The position numbers and the translations under genes are program-made. Shown here one piece after another: positions 44,415 through 54,900 of a DNA stretch of 64,000 nt. How positions within the stretch are numbered: the first letter of the stretch is position 1; each line of letters begins with the position of its first letter. Location of the stretch: IMG/VR virus record IMGVR_UViG_3300005461_000343, one strand, 5' to 3'. A model generated the notes under the pieces. It was not told the origin of the DNA. It ran no database searches and was given only the letters and a program-made list of their open reading frames with translations. Source of the stretch: an uncultured virus (IMG/VR IMGVR_UViG_3300005461_000343). Lineage: Duplodnaviria > Heunggongvirae > Uroviricota > Caudoviricetes.

Positions 44415-46488
44415 GTCTATATTGGCCGAGAATAACAAGAGGCTGAAAAATATATTCGGCACGCACGACCAATTCACGGGGCGTGGAATGGAGGGGCATA
44501 GCCATAGGGTTGTCATAGATGATTACCCCATAAGGGTGCAGTGGCTTACCGAGGAGGTTTTCAAGAACGATCTGTATCAAGATGTTCTGAAAGCTGGTTC
44601 CATAAAGGACTACACGATAAGGTTCAACGAGCTGTACCCGGATTCAGATGGGATAAATGAGGAGGACGTGGCCAACATGCTATTTTGGGCCCGTTGCTCG
44701 AGAGACCCGTCCTTCGCCTTTTTCTCGTTATTTAAGATCAAGTCGAAAGAGGCGGGAGAAATGATCCCCTTCGAGCTTAATTACGCCCAACGTTACGTGC
44801 TATCCGTTCTGGAAGAAATGAGGCATAAGGGAGTCCCGATCCGTATAATATTATTGAAAGCCCGGCAATGGGGAGGTTCCACCTTGGTACAGCTCTATAT
44901 GGCGTGGATACAGCTATTCGTCATGGAAGGATGGTATTCCGTAATTATAGCCCAGACGAAAGATACCGCCAAACGTATCAAGGCCATGTATAAAAAGGTT
45001 CTCGATAATATCCCGGGATTTATATATGGTGTTGACAAGTTACAATTCGCCCCTTACGAGCATTCGGCGTCCGACTCCATAATCACCGACCCGTCCGGGA
45101 ACAAGGTACGTGATAACGTGATAACCGTGGCATCTTATGAGAATTTCGAGTCAACACGTGGTATGGACTATGCCATGGCCCACTTCTCGGAGGTAGCCTA
45201 CTGGAAAACAACGGATGGCAAATCGGCGGAGCAGGTTATAACAAACATAGACTCGAATATATTGGAGAGACCGTTGACCATGGAGATCTCCGAGTCTACG
45301 GCTAACGGCATGGCCGGTTATTTCTATGATGAGTACCAAATGGCCAAGGAGGGCACGTCATCCCGTAAGGCGCTATTCATACCGTTCTTCTTTATCGAGA
45401 ACGACATGATAAGATTCAAGGACAAGAAAGAGACCCGGCTTTTCATATTGGATCTATTAGAGGGAAGGGATGTCACGACCTCCCCTAATGACAATAGCGA
45501 ACCGGGACAGTATCTATGGTCTCTATGGGAAAAAGGAGCTACGCTGGAGCACATCAAATGGTATATCAAGAAAAGGGCCTCGTTCCATGATCACGCATCG
45601 ATGGCATCCGAGGCACCATCCGATGATGTCGAGTGTTTCAAGTATTCCGGTAATCTCGTGTTCAATATCTATACGATCGAGGTGATGCGGGAAAGATACG
45701 TATCACCCCCGGAGTTCATTGGCGACATATCCCAATCAGAGAAGACCAAGAGGATAATTCTCTCCAAGAATCCGAACGGCCTGTTGAGAATCTGGAAGAG
45801 GCCCGATGATACAAGGACATCCAACGAGTATCTTGTTATCGTCGATGTCGGTGGACGTAGCAAGAACTCTGACCCGTCATGCATAACGGTTATAAACAGG
45901 TGGAATTTACGATTCAGCGGAGGAAAGCCGGAGGTGGTAGCCAGATGGCACGGTCATATACGATACGATTGGCTCGCCTACAAAGCCGTCAAGATCGCCA
46001 GATACTATAAGAACGCCCTTCTCGCCTTCGAGAGCAATACGTTTGATAAGAAAAAATCAGAGGCGTCAGAGTTCGTGGAGGAAGGCGATCATATTCGTGG
46101 CATACTGAAAAAGATAGAGGATATCTACCCTAATCTTTACATGCGAGCGGCGACGGATCCCGAGGACATAAGGAACGGCATATACAAGAAGATAGGCTTC
46201 CAGACCAACAAGAAGACCAAGCAGGACATGGTGGATAATTTCATAGTGGCGTTCGAGGACGATATGTTTATAGACCCGGATGAGCGTATGTACAAGGAAG
46301 CGTCAAAATACGAGCAACGTCCGGACGGTAGTTACGGTAATATTCCCGGTCGTGGCAATCACGACGATATATTGATGACAGACATGATAGGAGCGCTCAT
46401 ATCAGAGGATATGCCTAAGCCTTCTATAATCAAAGAAGAATCAACGGGATATCTTGATTCATATCCCAAAAATGAGTCGAGTTTATAG
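44374..46488 (+). CDS. Terminase large subunit
   Basis: PFELNYAQ, LKARQWGGST (Walker A), HFSEVAYW, ESTANG, IVDVGG and HDD motifs. Confidence 0.92.
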   Translation: MESYRKLAFTEEVESILAENNKRLKNIFGTHDQFTGRGMEGHSHRVVIDDYPIRVQWLTEEVFKNDLYQDVLKAGSIKDYTIRFNELYPDSDGINEEDVANMLFWARCSRDPSFAFFSLFKIKSKEAGEMIPFELNYAQRYVLSVLEEMRHKGVPIRIILLKARQWGGSTLVQLYMAWIQLFVMEGWYSVIIAQTKDTAKRIKAMYKKVLDNIPGFIYGVDKLQFAPYEHSASDSIITDPSGNKVRDNVITVASYENFESTRGMDYAMAHFSEVAYWKTTDGKSAEQVITNIDSNILERPLTMEISESTANGMAGYFYDEYQMAKEGTSSRKALFIPFFFIENDMIRFKDKKETRLFILDLLEGRDVTTSPNDNSEPGQYLWSLWEKGATLEHIKWYIKKRASFHDHASMASEAPSDDVECFKYSGNLVFNIYTIEVMRERYVSPPEFIGDISQSEKTKRIILSKNPNGLLRIWKRPDDTRTSNEYLVIVDVGGRSKNSDPSCITVINRWNLRFSGGKPEVVARWHGHIRYDWLAYKAVKIARYYKNALLAFESNTFDKKKSEASEFVEEGDHIRGILKKIEDIYPNLYMRAATDPEDIRNGIYKKIGFQTNKKTKQDMVDNFIVAFEDDMFIDPDERMYKEASKYEQRPDGSYGNIPGRGNHDDILMTDMIGALISEDMPKPSIIKEESTGYLDSYPKNESSL

Positions 46489-46573
46489 CGTGCGCATGAA
46501 CGTTTCCCCTGTAAAAATCAATATTAGATAAATAAAATACGACTTATTTTTTACTAATATAAAATAAATAGAG

Positions 46574-47280
46574 TATATTTGCGTAGTCACTGATTAGAAT
46601 ATAAGACGTGACACACATTGTGGCGTTAAAGATATCGTCTCCTATAAAGACCTAAATTCCCCAAATTTATAAACATAACAGGGAGCCGATAGCAACAATA
46701 CGCCCACGTTATTTGTATATATAATCTATATATAAGACGTGGGCCGTTGCTTACTACCTGTTATGTTGGCGTGGGGACGCCGGGTCTTGGTAGTTGCGAC
46801 GGCGCCACGTTTTTTTATGCGTATATGGTATGTTATATATTTATAACCCCTTATGGCTCTCATCCGTGATGGACCGGAGTCATTACTTAAAGATATTACA
46901 CTAGGTTGTATTCATAAAATATTTTATCAATGTCATACCGCTCTTTCGTGAGAACCAGAGGTATATTTATGTCAAGGGGATAGCTTTGGAGGATGGGGGC
47001 ACACTCCCTTCCTTATGGCATAAAATATAGTTTGAATAAATATTTCCCGCTTCCCTTGGGTAGTATTGGGAAGCATTTTAAGACGGATATACCCACCGTT
47101 GCTATTCCGGGAGGATCGGCAATGATGATTAAGTATGTCTTTGTTTAGATATGGATTTAGATATTACAAACGCTCTCGTTCGTGAGGATAGGACCGTTTA
47201 AGGTTGTCTGAAAACCATTCATATAGATTATAGTTAAATAATAAAAACTCCCTTATCCGTGAGGATTTGGGGAGTTTTTT
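46574..47280 (+). ncRNA. Putative long structured non-coding transcript / small-RNA array
   Basis: TATATTTG at 46574-46581, no credible ORF, a long hairpin (46672-46767), a terminator-like hairpin (46769-46816), five GNRA-type hairpins, and a final hairpin with a T tract at 47243-47280. Confidence 0.6.
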
Positions 47281-47389
47281 ATTTTTTACTATTCCTCGGG
47301 ATAAAACTAAAAGTAAAATATGCCGTAAAACATGCCTCCTACGGAATAACGGATGTGAAGATTGGGTAATTTTGCAAAAAACACAAAAC

Positions 47390-48382
47390 ATGTCTATAAA
47401 TACATACTATACTATTCTTGGAATTACTGAATGTGCTACTTTTGAAGAAATACAAAAAGCATACAGGCAAAAGGCATTATTATATCATCCTGATAAAAAC
47501 AAAAGCGACAATGCACATGATATATTTATAAAAATACAAAAGGCATATGAAGTATTATCTGACCCAGAACGAAGATCAAAGTATGATAATGACTTAAATT
47601 CCTATAGGCAAAATATTTTCAATTCAATAAACACAGACAAAACAAATAGAGGTAAGTCTGATATAGAGAATATACAAAAACAAAAAAAGAGTCCAATCAA
47701 TAAACGATCATATAAAAGGGAAAAGACAAGCATTAATTCTAAAAATATATTAATATTTATTTGCATATCAATAATAACTATATATATAGCTTACCATGCT
47801 AATTTATTCAATATTAATAACCATAATACAGACACAATAAATCCTACACAAAAGATTGATGATTATGTTGAAGAGGTTGCGCCTATAGTTGAAGAAGTTG
47901 AAGATTCAAATATATATAAGAATAATCATCTTATGAATGGAGATTCTCCATTTACTGAATACTTTGGAATTAATTCGTATGATGATAGCCAAGATAATTA
48001 TATAACGGTAAATAATGGAAGTGATCAAGACGCTGTTGTTATATTAAAAAATATAACTAGTAAAAAGATAATTAGGAATGTATATATTAACAAACACACA
48101 TCTTATGATATAAGAAATATTCCAGAAGGTATTTATGAGATGAAATGTGTTTATGGTAATGACTGGAATCCTAATTTATTATTCAATGGAATGAAGTTAG
48201 GAATGTTTCAATCAAATGTACATTACTCTTCACAAGCCAACTATAAAGACTATTTTAATATGTTTTCAGAGAGAACAGAAAATGGAATTTCTATTCCATA
48301 CTATGAAGTAACTCTTCATAAAGTGTCTAATGGCAACATGAGAACAAAAAAAATTAACCAATCTGACTTTTTTGAAAAATAA
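47390..48382 (+). CDS. J-domain (DnaJ-like) single-TM protein, AT-rich moron
   Basis: YYTILG...AYRQKALLYHPDKN...F.KIQKAYEVLSDPERRSKYD, TM ILIFICISIITIYIAY, own promoter TAATTTTG at 47367-47374. Start moved to ATG 47390. Confidence 0.85.
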   Translation: MSINTYYTILGITECATFEEIQKAYRQKALLYHPDKNKSDNAHDIFIKIQKAYEVLSDPERRSKYDNDLNSYRQNIFNSINTDKTNRGKSDIENIQKQKKSPINKRSYKREKTSINSKNILIFICISIITIYIAYHANLFNINNHNTDTINPTQKIDDYVEEVAPIVEEVEDSNIYKNNHLMNGDSPFTEYFGINSYDDSQDNYITVNNGSDQDAVVILKNITSKKIIRNVYINKHTSYDIRNIPEGIYEMKCVYGNDWNPNLLFNGMKLGMFQSNVHYSSQANYKDYFNMFSERTENGISIPYYEVTLHKVSNGNMRTKKINQSDFFEK

Positions 48383-48384
48383 AT

Positions 48385-48861
48385 ATGGAAGATTTTTTAA
48401 ACAGCATGACTATCCTTTCATCGGCGATATTAGTCTATATATTCAATCGAGATATTATTTTAAAAAAGATATTATGGAAAGAAAAATTCGAGCCTAGGAA
48501 ACCTAATGGAAAAGGGAAAAACATCTATTTGTATGACGCAAGGATTTTAGGAGTAATTCTTGAAGGGATTAGATTCAGAGAATCAACAACAGCATACGGC
48601 ATATCAGAAGTAAGATACCGTTTTCTAATGTTCCTTGGTATTTTCTTAATTCCTATTGGATGTTATCGTGTTATAGAGAAAAAAACCATAAAAACCGGAT
48701 ATAAAGAATATACGACACAGTTTATGATACTAGGTACAGAATCATGGAATTTACTTGAAATTATATCCATATATATTTTTAGGTTAAGCACTTTGATAAT
48801 ATTCATATTCTCTATTATATCGATAGTAGCATTTATTGGCTTGATCAGTGAATATATTTAA
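48385..48861 (+). CDS. Membrane protein co-transcribed with the J-domain gene
   Basis: Three hydrophobic segments, FLGIFLIPIGCYRV; starts 2 nt after the upstream stop. Confidence 0.7.
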   Translation: MEDFLNSMTILSSAILVYIFNRDIILKKILWKEKFEPRKPNGKGKNIYLYDARILGVILEGIRFRESTTAYGISEVRYRFLMFLGIFLIPIGCYRVIEKKTIKTGYKEYTTQFMILGTESWNLLEIISIYIFRLSTLIIFIFSIISIVAFIGLISEYI

Positions 48862-48907
48862 AATGTAAAAAGATAGCGGGTGACACCAACGCCACCCGCC
48901 ACTTTAC

Positions 48908-51900
48908 CTATTCACCATTAGCTATCTCATTCATCATAGCTTTCAAATCGTATAACTCCATTTCCAATCTTTCATCATCTACCTTCTTCAAATACTCACC
49001 CATTGATTGATACAATTTGTTAAGATTATTAAACTCTACATATCCACGATATTCATCGCTCATCATAAGATCATTCAATTTTTTCTGATACTCTGCTATA
49101 TCAAAACTATCGTTCTGTGGATTAGACAATTCTTTACGATATCCTCTCAATCTTTGTCCGATCTTATCCATTTCTTCCAAATTCTCATAATAAGCGTTAT
49201 CTATGGCTTTCTTTTTCGTCCGCTCATCACCACTTTTTATAAGACGGTTCCCTACAGGGATATTCCTCCAGTCAAAATCACGACTACCCCAAGCGGTTTC
49301 AGCGGATTTGACCATCTGGGAACGCGTAGCCTCAATACCTCCGAAATAGCCGTCCAATATATGTTCTATAATGGCAGGGTTTAGGTTAACGGTACCTGTA
49401 GTGTATTTATCTCCTCCGGTTAGTTCATTGGCATATTTAGTCATTGCCAATATAGCGGGATCCACGCTCTTAAAAGCCTTTGTCCATTCCGGCATACCCT
49501 TGTTGAAGTCGTTATCCTTATATAAAGGCAAACCTGTCCAATCCTTGTTATCTCCGGCCTCAATCAATGGCTTTACCGAGCTTGGGACGAAAGCGGAGAA
49601 TCCTCCACCTCCCTCCATCATGTCCAAAGGAAGAACCTGTGACATTTGCTCCGCTATCTTCATGGCCATCTTTTTATCGGTATACTTCTCCTTTCCGGAA
49701 ACTATTCCAGAAGACATTTCTCCTAGTCCATATATAGCCCTTAACTCTATGGGCATAGGAATTGTAATCCAATTTCCTCCACCGTTACGGAAACAGATAT
49801 TATTACGTCTCACGTATTCCGGAAGATCGTAGTAATCATCATCTTCATCATCCCCAAAAGCGGCAGCGATCATAGGCATGATAGTGCCAAGTAAATAGAA
49901 AGAGGACGCTAACCCCAAGAATTTCTTGGGATTATCCTTGGCCAGCCTTCCGAAATTATACATACCTTGTACACCAGCGTTCCAAAACACATACATGGAT
50001 CTTGACAATCCAGACGTGAAAGCGCTAGCGTTACCTATCTTGGTTTGCCCCTCAGTATTCAATAATTTCGAACCCGCCCCTTTCTTATTGAAGTTTACGG
50101 ATATCTCCTTAGCGTCATAAATGGATTTATCCATGCTTCGCCCCATTTCTCTAGAAGTAAGGAACGCAGCGAACCTAGCGCAATTCTCCACGCTCTTATT
50201 GAACAAGTCCATCCATTCGCCTAGTATTTTCAAAGCCTTTCCTATAGATACCTTTTGCTTGGAGTATTGAAGTTCTTTTTGGATCGCCTTCTTCTTGGCT
50301 TCCACGTCTCTCAAATTGGTGTATCCGGTCTCTCCTCCTCTCATTACAAAATCATGGTATGCCTTATTCAAGGGATCGATCATATCCAACGTACCGTTCT
50401 CATACCCCTTGACCAGACGATACATATTGATCGGGTTTACCTTAGCGAAATTCTTATTGAACTTCCAAGCGTAAACAGGACTTTCCTTGACCCATACGGT
50501 AGTATTCGAATAAAGCGCGTCACGAAGGAAATTACTTACCATGAAATTAGGGTTACGTGTCGTGAAGTTAGCCGCCAAGTTACGGTTCAGCCATCCGGCG
50601 TATCTCTCCACGGTACCGAACCATCCTTTCGTATTATCCGGGTTTGTAAGCCCGTTCAACGCTTGAGCGGCCCTTGGATTTCCGTTTATGGTAAGCACGT
50701 ATTCTTTGCCGGCTCTCTTTACGATCACTTGATGCTCCTTCAAGTCCTTTGGCAATATCTTGTAAGGTATCCCTATAGCATCCCTTGAACGCCTGACATT
50801 AGATCCTTTTTCATTGGATAGCTCCTCCATGCGTTTGTTGAAAGATTCCACGATAGACTCCACCTGTTCCGGATTGGCGTTAGATGGTATATCCGGGAAA
50901 ACGGCAATCCACTCACCGGAAGCCTCGTCAAGACGAACCCACATTTCGCTTACGCTCACGAGATCCGTCTTATGATTTTGTACCATTGTCAAAAACTTTT
51001 GCTTCATCAAGTTCCTATTCCCTTGCATGATTCCACTCTCTGCCATATTAGCGATCGTCGCTATAGGATCGTCAGCCTTGCTCTTTCGCCCAACGACAGT
51101 CTTTATAGGGGCGTTGAACGTCTGGCTTTCGGATGTAAGATAAGCGTAAACCTCATCTGCCGTAGTTTCCTCCCATCCACGCAAAGGCACATAGAACTGA
51201 TACATATCGCTGATCGACTCAAACGTATTTTGGCTCATAAGCCCGCTATCCCGTTGCTTTGCCAATATAGCGTCAGTGGCTCTTTTGACAGAGGCCGATA
51301 ATTCCGATGTATCATATCTTGACTCGTAATCCAATACGTATCTCCTTGCGGAATCCAGATCATACCCCGTGTTATTCTCGTTAGGATACATGGACGTGAA
51401 TCCGCTGAAATCATCAGAAAGATTAGCTCCGTATTCCTCGGCAAGCCTATCCATTTCTGATTGCTGCTCTTCCCAAGACCTACCGTTCTCACGTATCTCA
51501 TTCCTTCTCCCGATATACTCGTCAAGCAGGGATTTATATGTTTCCGAGTTTTGTGACAACGCTCGTTTAACGGCCATTTCCCTGTTACGCTCAATACCAT
51601 GCTTGGTTATAAGGTAATCCCTTATCTCATCAATGGTGGATCCCATCTTTTCCAATCGTGACATCGCTTTTAAGATAGGCTCGAAAGCCGCTTTTCTATA
51701 AGCGTTGAACTCCGCTTCATTAACAGAGGAAAGGGCATTCTCGGCCATATAAGCGTTCTCATAATCCAATAGACGACTCCTCGTTGCCTTTGCCACGGCA
51801 TCCTGCAATGTTTTAAGCCCTAGCATAGAATCCTGAAACGCCTCCTGAAATTGATAGGACGATGTAGATAGGGTACGCTCATATTGATCTTTGGCGGAAC

Positions 51901-54900
51901 CTACCTGTTTCTCTACTACTTGGATATCATTATCAGCGAACAATACCGACTCATTCCGCGCGTTCTCCCTAAAACGGATTGTTTTCTCTGCGAAAGCGAA
52001 ATCATCCGTCTTTTCCCTTACGCTTTCTCCAACGCCTCTACCCTTGTTTTCAGATTCTGCACGTCCGATGACAGTCCGATCACCGCCGATTCCATCCCGG
52101 ACACTTCCGCTCCTATCGCCTGTATCTCCTCCGTCAAGTTGGTCTCCATCGTTGTCAACTTTTCCATCAATCTCCCTTCCATTTCGGTCAATTGCGTTTT
52201 CAGTTCCGTCAATAGCGTTTTCAACTCCCCTTGGTTTGTCGATATGGTCTCGTTCACTTTCGTTTCCGTTCTCATCAACGCCATCGATTGTCTCGAGTTC
52301 CCTTCCAGTACCTTTTGTTTCAGAAGGTTGTTTTCCTTTTTCAGGTTCAATATCTCTTGCGATTGATCCATTTTCGTTCAAATTTATATTGTTAAGACTT
52401 AATCTATTTCTCATCACGATATCCTCGGCTACATCCATCAAGTTTCCTTGCTCCAAGTTCTTATAGCTTCTCCAGAGAATATAACGGAGGTCATTATCCG
52501 ATAACTTGAAATCAAGACTAATACCTGCCTTTCTCAACATATCAAGAAAAGCGTCCTTGATCTTTTCCCATAACGAACGCTCGGCCTTGTTATCGAAACC
52601 ACGTTCCGCTAATTCAGCGAGGTATTCCTCTGTAGCCTCACGCAAGTTAAGAGGATTGCCTTTAGTCCGGTCAATGATATTTTTCCGGATATCCTCGTTG
52701 GCGTTCCGATACACGTTATCAAGGAAAGTATCGAAATCGTCCCCGAATAGCTCACGTAACCCGTGATGCCCTACCACCTCATGAAGGAAAGTCCTTTGAG
52801 CGTCACCTACGGACGTGGAATTAGGTGATACTATGACTATCTCCCCGGTAGAAGTATCATACCAGCCTTTGGAATCTCTCTTACGGGCCAACATATTCTC
52901 ATCCGTATCGGTTATATCGTCCACGTCATGGATTACCCTGACAGGGATATTAAACTTGTTTGACCAATCGTTGATTGAGGATTCAATAGAACTTACATTA
53001 TCCTGATTATTAGTTGTATCTACTCCCATGAATCGAAATCGAGTCTCTCCTTCCTCTTTTACCAACGTACCATCAACGTCAAGAGTTGATTCTAACTGAA
53101 TATCCTCAGCTTTAGCTTTTTCAACTAATTGTCTCTGCAGATCATTAACCTCTGCCTGAGCCGCATTAAGTTCATCCTCTTTTCCCCACGGTTTCTTAAC
53201 GGCTTCCTCTAATCCCGCTATCTTGTTTTCCTCTGCCTTTATTTTAGTGGCTATATCTGAGACGGATTTAGCGGGAATCCCCAACTGCCTGTCAATGCTA
53301 GCCATCAAACCCCTGCCGCCGCTAAAATCACGATTCTCAACCAGTTTTTCCTTTCCTAAATATAAACTATAGACCATCATTCCTTCATTGAAATGCACGA
53401 TTGCCTCGCCTTTTCCTCCATTGAGACTGATTTTCAGAGGAGGGGTGTTTCTGTCAAGCGTATATCTATCATAGTAATCATCAATAATGGGCGTAAGCTC
53501 ATTCGATATACCATCGCTGAAAGTATTGCCTTTAACAGTCACGGACTCAACCCCATCAGGGAAGTTCTCTTTTACGATATTGGCGTTCCTTTCCATGATA
53601 TCCTTCCGGCTGTTGTATTCTTGTATCCTAAGTTTGGAGTTAGATATAGAGCCACGCATGGAAGACTTACTGTTAAGATCGCTCCTCTTGGAGTTTTGCA
53701 ATTTCTTTAACTTGTTCTGTGCCACAAACAGCAGTTGGGCGGTCTTATCTCCTGATAACGTCGCCGCCATCTCACTAAATGTCATTCCAGACGGATCACT
53801 ATCGTCTTGCTCCTCCATTACACGAGACGATATATCGCCTTTCATCATTTGGTTGATGAAGTTTTGTTTTATACGAAGCCTGTCATAGGCGGTAGCGTCA
53901 AGGGTACCTTTAACGCCATATGTGACGATGTTCACCGGTTTATCCCATGTGGCGTATAAGTTTCCTTGTCGTAAGATACGACCGTTGCGTTGCTCAAAAT
54001 CCATAGGCCTGATTGGAGCGTCAATATGATGCAGGGCGAATAGACGATCTTGCACGTTGACACCCACTCCCATTTTCTCCGTGCTTCCAATAAGAATGCG
54101 CACATCCCCATTACGGACCTTATCGAACAAGGCGTTTCTCCTTTCTCCCTCATAATTGCCAACGATAGCTATCTGATTAGATGGAATACCTCCCTTGATA
54201 AGCTTTTCCTTTATATCATTGTACAAATTAAACTGAGGAACAGATAAATCGACATCGAATAAATCCATTTTTGGAGTCTCAGAAGGGGATTGATAACTAT
54301 CGCAGAATATAAGTTGCGTGCCCTTGTCCTTATCGCTCTCCTTATATAATCTCAACACGTTATCGACCACCTTGTTTGTCTTGCTATCAGGATTGTCGGG
54401 AAATGTAGGATTAAGCAAGCGAAGGTCAATCGCAGCCTGTTTAGCCTTGCTGAACACGACCAAGGGTAGTGCGCTCTTATCCTTCTTCTCTTTTCCTGTC
54501 AATTTGTTATAATCCTCTAATTCCTTGATAAGGGTTTGCATGATATCCTCCAAGTCCTCGTTCTTCTCGACAACGACATTGGTCATCTTATTGTCTTTCA
54601 ACTTAGGGATATTCTTGTCTTCCTTGAACTCCTTGACATCCTCAGTCAAGACAACGTCCGTATGGCTCCTGAACGCCTTTATAAGCTCCGGGACATTCGT
54701 ATAGCTCTTGAACCTCTCGGCTATCTTAAAGTTACCGGTAGCGGTAAACTCCAATGACGGCTCAACCGTTCCAAAAGTGGTAGCGAACTCGTCAAAGCTA
54801 TTGATATTATATGCGTCTAGGATATCGGGTGCCACGAAATTCATCATAGTCCAGACCTCTGCCATTGTATTAGTGATAGGGGTACCGGTTGCCAGAACCA

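Noticed and set aside
46817..47280. CRISPR array
   Set aside because: No identical direct repeats, irregular spacing and no cas genes; only the hairpin shape recurs.
47267..47389. N-terminal extension of the J-domain ORF
   Set aside because: It begins inside a terminator hairpin and contains the promoter; ATG 47390 directly precedes the J-domain.
53932..54162. Fourth nested +1-frame ORF in the giant gene
   Set aside because: It overlaps conserved helicase motifs and has no protein-like pattern, so it is probably a chance ORF.
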